DNA of 64,000 nucleotides from Nemertoderma westbladi (lineage: Eukaryota; Animalia; Xenacoelomorpha): assembly GCA_032718475.1 (NCBI GenBank), contig JAUCBJ010002518.1, positions 1-64,000 on the forward strand, read 5' to 3'. Position numbers and translations under genes: made by a program. Below the pieces are notes generated by a model. That model was not told the DNA's origin and did no database searches. It worked only from the letters and a program-made list of their open reading frames with translations. This document shows positions 59,519 through 64,000 of this stretch, piece by piece. The number at the start of each line of letters is the position of its first letter. Position 1 is the stretch's first letter.

Positions 59519-60451
59519 TAATTTACTTTTATTTCCAAGGACTTGTCTTAATATCTCTTCTCTATTTTCCTCATTTTCCTCCATTTGTTTAATAAATTTC
59601 CGCATTTGTTTTTTGTTTACTAATATTTGTCTCAATATCTCTCTTTATTTTCATCATTCTCTTTTAAATGTTTAATAAATTTCTGTAATTTAATTTTATT
59701 TCCTCGAACTTGGGTCAATGTCGCCTCTTTATTTTCTTCATTTTCCTTCAAATGTTTAATAATTTTCCGCAATTTATTCTTATTTCCAAGTAATTGTCTC
59801 AATATTTCCTCATTATCATCATTTTCATCCTCTTCTTCACTTTCTTCATCTTCTTGTTCATAACTTTCTTTATTTTCTTGTTCCTCACTTTCTTCCTGAT
59901 CTTCACTTTCTTCACCCTCTTTCTGACCTTCACTTTTTCATCCTCTTCCTGTTCTTCACTTTCTTTACCCTCTTCATGTTCTTCACTTTCTTCATCCTCT
60001 TCTTGGTCTTCACTTTCTTCACCCTCTTCTTGACCTTCACTTTCTTCATCCTCTTCCTGATCTTCCTGATCTTCACTTTCTTCGTTCTCAACTACACTCT
60101 TTTCAACTTCATCCTGATCCTCACTATTTTCATTCTCCATCTCATCGTGCTCTTCTTCTTTATCTTTCTCACTCAAATTTTCTGCATTTTCTAGGGGCAA
60201 CTGTTTTTGTATCCCTTTCAAAATATTCATAACTTTATGAAATTTATTTTCCATTGTCTGTTTTATCTTTAATATATCACGCTCATCTCTCTTTTTCTTT
60301 TCATCTTCACTAATAATATCTTCGGATTTTTTAAATTTCTTTGATTCTGAGGATCAATTAGTTTATCCTTTCTATGTCTTTCCATATGTCGAGATAGATC
60401 GTCTTGTCTCATTTCTTTATTACAAACCAAACAACTTTCATGTCTATGCAT
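59519..60451 (-). pseudogene. Further copy of C2H2/acidic ORF, 5' part (3' part at 31293-31459)
   Basis: Paralogous to 27810-28917; broken at NKSKL by the 28-kb insert; frameshifts. Confidence 0.8.
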
Positions 60452-60780
60452 TATATAAGAATATCAATTGATAGTATTGAATTTTCGCTAAATGATTTTA
60501 CAAATTATAATTATGAGTAAAATTTTAAATTTTAAATAAACAAAACTTTTATGAAAATAAAAAAACTTTTAAAAATAAAAATATATAATGAATGGGAAAG
60601 CAGTAAACAAGGGTCTATATAGAAGAAACTTAGTTTGGCGTAGCCAATGAGAGACCAGATGCGAGTAAAGCAGCCAATGAGAGAGCAGATGCGAGTACAC
60701 GCTTAATTTCTTTTGCCGTTCTTCGTTTCAGGGGTAAAGCCCATCCGTGGTGAGATAACGCCACACTAACATAGTTAAAC

Positions 60781-61339
60781 TGTTAGCTTATCCAATTCCG
60801 CTAACACAAACCCATAAAGTAAGCCGTTAAGCAATATTGGGAGCACGAGGTTGATTACCCAACCTCGTGTCACCCCAATAAAGTGGGAAGGAGAAACACA
60901 CAATAGGGGTCAGGGGCCACACCCCTGACAGAGAGAGAACAGCAAGGGCGAAGGGAAGCACTTCAGAGGGGGGCAAAGGGTGCCAACAAGGATATTAGCC
61001 AATGGGGGGAAAGCATCGACTGAGTAACACCACGTGGCCAACCGTGCAATATATATTACCAGTCATTATTATCCCATTCACTTAGTAAGTCAGTTAGTTA
61101 GGGTAGTAACGGAACTCTAATCACGTCTCCGTCCACTGCCACCATCACCGTTCAATGCATTACCGGTATTCACCCACTTTATCATTATATCAGCTTCTAC
61201 TGTGTTTATACTATTATACCCTATATTATATATACACCGATCAGTCAACAACACCGGAACTCTTTTACATTACGCACGGCGGGGACCGTAGATTAGAAAC
61301 CAACCGGATAAATCGGGATCCTTGGTGGATCCCGTCACA
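60781..61339 (+). mobile_element. Solo LTR of a third BEL/Pao subfamily
   Basis: TGTTAGC..CCCGTCACA, 559 bp, 5-bp TSD TAAAC at 60776-60780 and 61340-61344; empty-site paralogue at ~29225-29240. Confidence 0.92.
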
Positions 61340-61740
61340 TAAACTCACCATTCAAATATTCCTCGCAAACCAGATTCCCCCCAGCATCTAAAGTATTCCA
61401 CTTCAGTGCAAAATATACAGTATAGAGTTTTAGTTGGATTTGAACCTGCGTAGCAAACTCTTTTGTAAAGTTAAGAAGAGTGAACCAATGGAGGCAACCT
61501 GAAGTCTAATCGCTTGGCCTTTACTCATAAGACAGCGCATTAACTCCCAAGGTTGCATACTATCACTATTCGTTTCCATTTGTTTACTCTCTCAACAAAT
61601 GATATATTCTCACTATATAGCTGGGAGAGTCGAAGCTAGTGTCCACTAGAGTCAAACAAGAGCTAAGAAAAGGAATAATGCTCTTCTAGGGTTCGAACTC
61701 ACGACATTCTAATTAGAAAACTAAGCAAATGATCAGCTTG

Positions 61741-62500
61741 TCTGAGGCATAGTCTGAGCCTCAGTGAGGCATAGTCTGTGCCTCAGTGCCTCAGTGAGGC
61801 ATAGTCTGTGCCTTAGCGAGGCATAGTCTGTGCCACAGTGCCTCAGTGAGGCATAGTCTGTGCCTTAGCGAGGCATAGTCTGTGCCTCAGTGCCTCAGTG
61901 AGGCATAGTCTGTGCCTTAGCGAGGCATAGTCTATGCCTCAGTGCCTCAGTGAGACATATTCTGTGCCTCAGTGCCTCAGTGAGGCATAGTCTGTGCCTC
62001 AGTGCCTTAGTGAGGCATAGTCTGTGCCTCAGTGCCTCAGTGAGGCATAGTCTGTGCCTTAGCGAGGCATAGTCTGAGCCTCAGTGAGGTATAGTATGTG
62101 CCTCAGTGCCTCAGTGAGGCATATTCTATGCCTCAGTGCCTCAGTGAGGCATAGTCTGTGCCTCAGTGCCTCAGCGAGGCATAGTCTGAGCCCCAGTGAG
62201 GCATAGTCTGTGCCTCAGTGAGGCATAGTCTGTGCCTTAGCGAGGTATAGTCTGTGCCTCAGTGCCTCAGTGAGGCATAGTCTGAGCCCCAGTGCCTCAG
62301 CGAGGCATAGTCTGAGCCTCAGTGAGTTATAGTCTGTGCCTCACTGAGGCATAGTCTGAGCCCCAGTGAGGCATAGTCTGTGCCTCAGTGAGGCATAGTC
62401 TAAGCACCAGTGAGGCATAGTCTGTGCCTCGGTGCCTCAGTGAGGCATAGTCTGTGCCTCAGTGCCTCAGCGAGGCATAGTCTGAGCCCCAGTGAGGCAT
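61741..62500 (-). repeat. Subterminal palindromic 22-bp minisatellite
   Basis: TGCCTCAGTGAGGCATAGTCTG units, inverted relative to 27010-27355. Confidence 0.9.
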
Positions 62501-63494
62501 AGGATTAAATGTTCTAATTAATTGATGACACCCGTAAATTAGGGTCTAATTAGCCTAATTAGGAGGTGTCACCCAGACAGTCTGACGCCAATGACACCCA
62601 ATGACACCCTAGGTGTCACATTCCTAAGCGATGAGTCATGAGTTGGGTCTAACTGTCGCCGAGCCGGCTATACTCCTACTACTGGAAACTTAATTGGTAA
62701 CTAAGTAGAAGAGTGCAAAGTTTAGTCAATCGATAGTCATTGGACTAAAGATTGTCTGTACCAAATTTGGAGAACCCCATCTAATAGCTATGTTAAATCC
62801 TTGTTGCTAAGGAAAAACACATGAAATTGAAAGTGATACAATTATTATATTTTTATAGAGTTTTTCTATACTAACGTTAACCTGAACAATGGCCTACCGG
62901 TACTAATAATAGGCTTTGACTTAACACAAACATAGACATAAAACTACTATTTATATGAACACAAAACACAAAAAACAACTACAACAGGCAGTTAAACATA
63001 TATATGACTAGCCCCATATTTATTCTTATTTTATGTACAATTCGAATACATTACTGTATACAGATAGATATAACAAATAACTACTATTTTATTCATTCAT
63101 ATGCAGACAACTACAAAGTCACTTATTTGAGAAGTTCGCTTTGGAGGGACTTCGCAAAGAACAAAATTTCCCTGAGATTCCACACTAGACTATTTGGCGA
63201 AATTAATCTCTGAGCTATACGTTTGAGGATCACTGAGTGTTGATATCAAATTGTTATCACAAATTTTTCTTATCATCAATCGCACATGAAAACTAACAGA
63301 ACAAAGCAGTATATACTACAAGTATTAAATATCGCCTCAGGAAAAGTCTAGAAGCATACGAGTCACAGCCAACAGGAATGGGCTGCGTGAGTGAACAAAT
63401 AATACAAGTTCATTTTCAATTATTGCACTTCCTAAATAAGTTGTGAAATCCATCCATTCAAATATCTCAAATGATGATTACCTTTGCAAAGTCT

Positions 63495-63998
63495 TTACCT
63501 AAATGCTGCCGGGTGGCGTATAACTTCCTGGTGTGGTTTAGAGACAATCCTTTTCGCTTCTCTGGTTTTAGGTTCTGTAAATTCGTTTCTCATTTTATGG
63601 CTTTGCCGATACCTACGAATCTTATCCAAGGCTCCATCGGATGGGTAGGATCTCATGCGATCTTTGTTTTTATGAGAACCCGCAGTGGTGAAGCTGTACC
63701 CCTTAGTATCATCGACTAGGGCGGGGACTATTGAAGGCTTTTGAGCTTGGCCAGTAGTGAAACCCGACTTGATCGAAGCCAAGGATGATCGATGTTTAAG
63801 AGACCCTACCACGTGATCGCCTCGTTTACTTCCTTTAACGGTTTGATCGTTAGTGGCTCCTGTCGTACCTATTGGTGTATCCCCTTCTAGCCAACCTCGT
63901 TCCTGAACTTTGTCCAATATGAATTGTGGGGCTTTCTGCCCAATCTCACGAATAAGAACCGAAACGAAACAACCATTTTGAGTTTCAGACGGAGGCAT
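63495..63998 (-). other. Open frame running off the window edge, possible exon of unknown gene
   Basis: 167 open codons, higher GC than flanks, ends at AG|GTAAAG donor-like site; no motif recognised. Confidence 0.25.
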
Positions 63999-64000
63999 TA

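Larger units (their letters stand above)
25773..62683. mobile_element. Polinton/Maverick-type element 2, non-autonomous, inflated by nested insertions
   Basis: Starts AGTAGTAGGGTCTTGG, ends CCTACTACT; exact 6-bp TSD GGAAAC at 25767-25772 and 62684-62689; TIR related to Polinton 1; inverted subterminal blocks 27010-27600 / 61465-62500. Confidence 0.85.

Overview
Eukaryotic, probably invertebrate, AT-rich DNA that is almost entirely nested transposable elements around two exons of a DEG/ENaC (ASIC-like) channel gene (20510-20709, 22499-22709). Two large Polinton/Maverick-type elements are delimited by AGTAGT...ACTACT termini and exact 6-bp TSDs: 2461-20129 (AACACC, splitting an L2-like LINE) and 25773-62683 (GGAAAC). 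The first carries a pPolB C-terminal remnant, a TBP-like ORF, a B-box array and two open copies of an unknown 569-aa ORF. The second holds a 28-kb insert flanked by a 13-bp duplication, containing a decayed minus-strand BEL/Pao element interrupted by an RTE fragment and by a young plus-strand BEL/Pao element (45443-55058, 530-bp LTRs, TSD CTTCT). Most notable: this BEL/Pao family lacks a tRNA-type PBS. The bases right after the LTR are complementary to an LTR-internal motif, and the two co-vary between subfamilies, suggesting self-priming. The same element carries an extra ORF with a WRN/EXD/MUT-7-like DEDDy 3'-5' exonuclease and three CCHC knuckles. All family calls come from motif recognition by eye; no searches were run.
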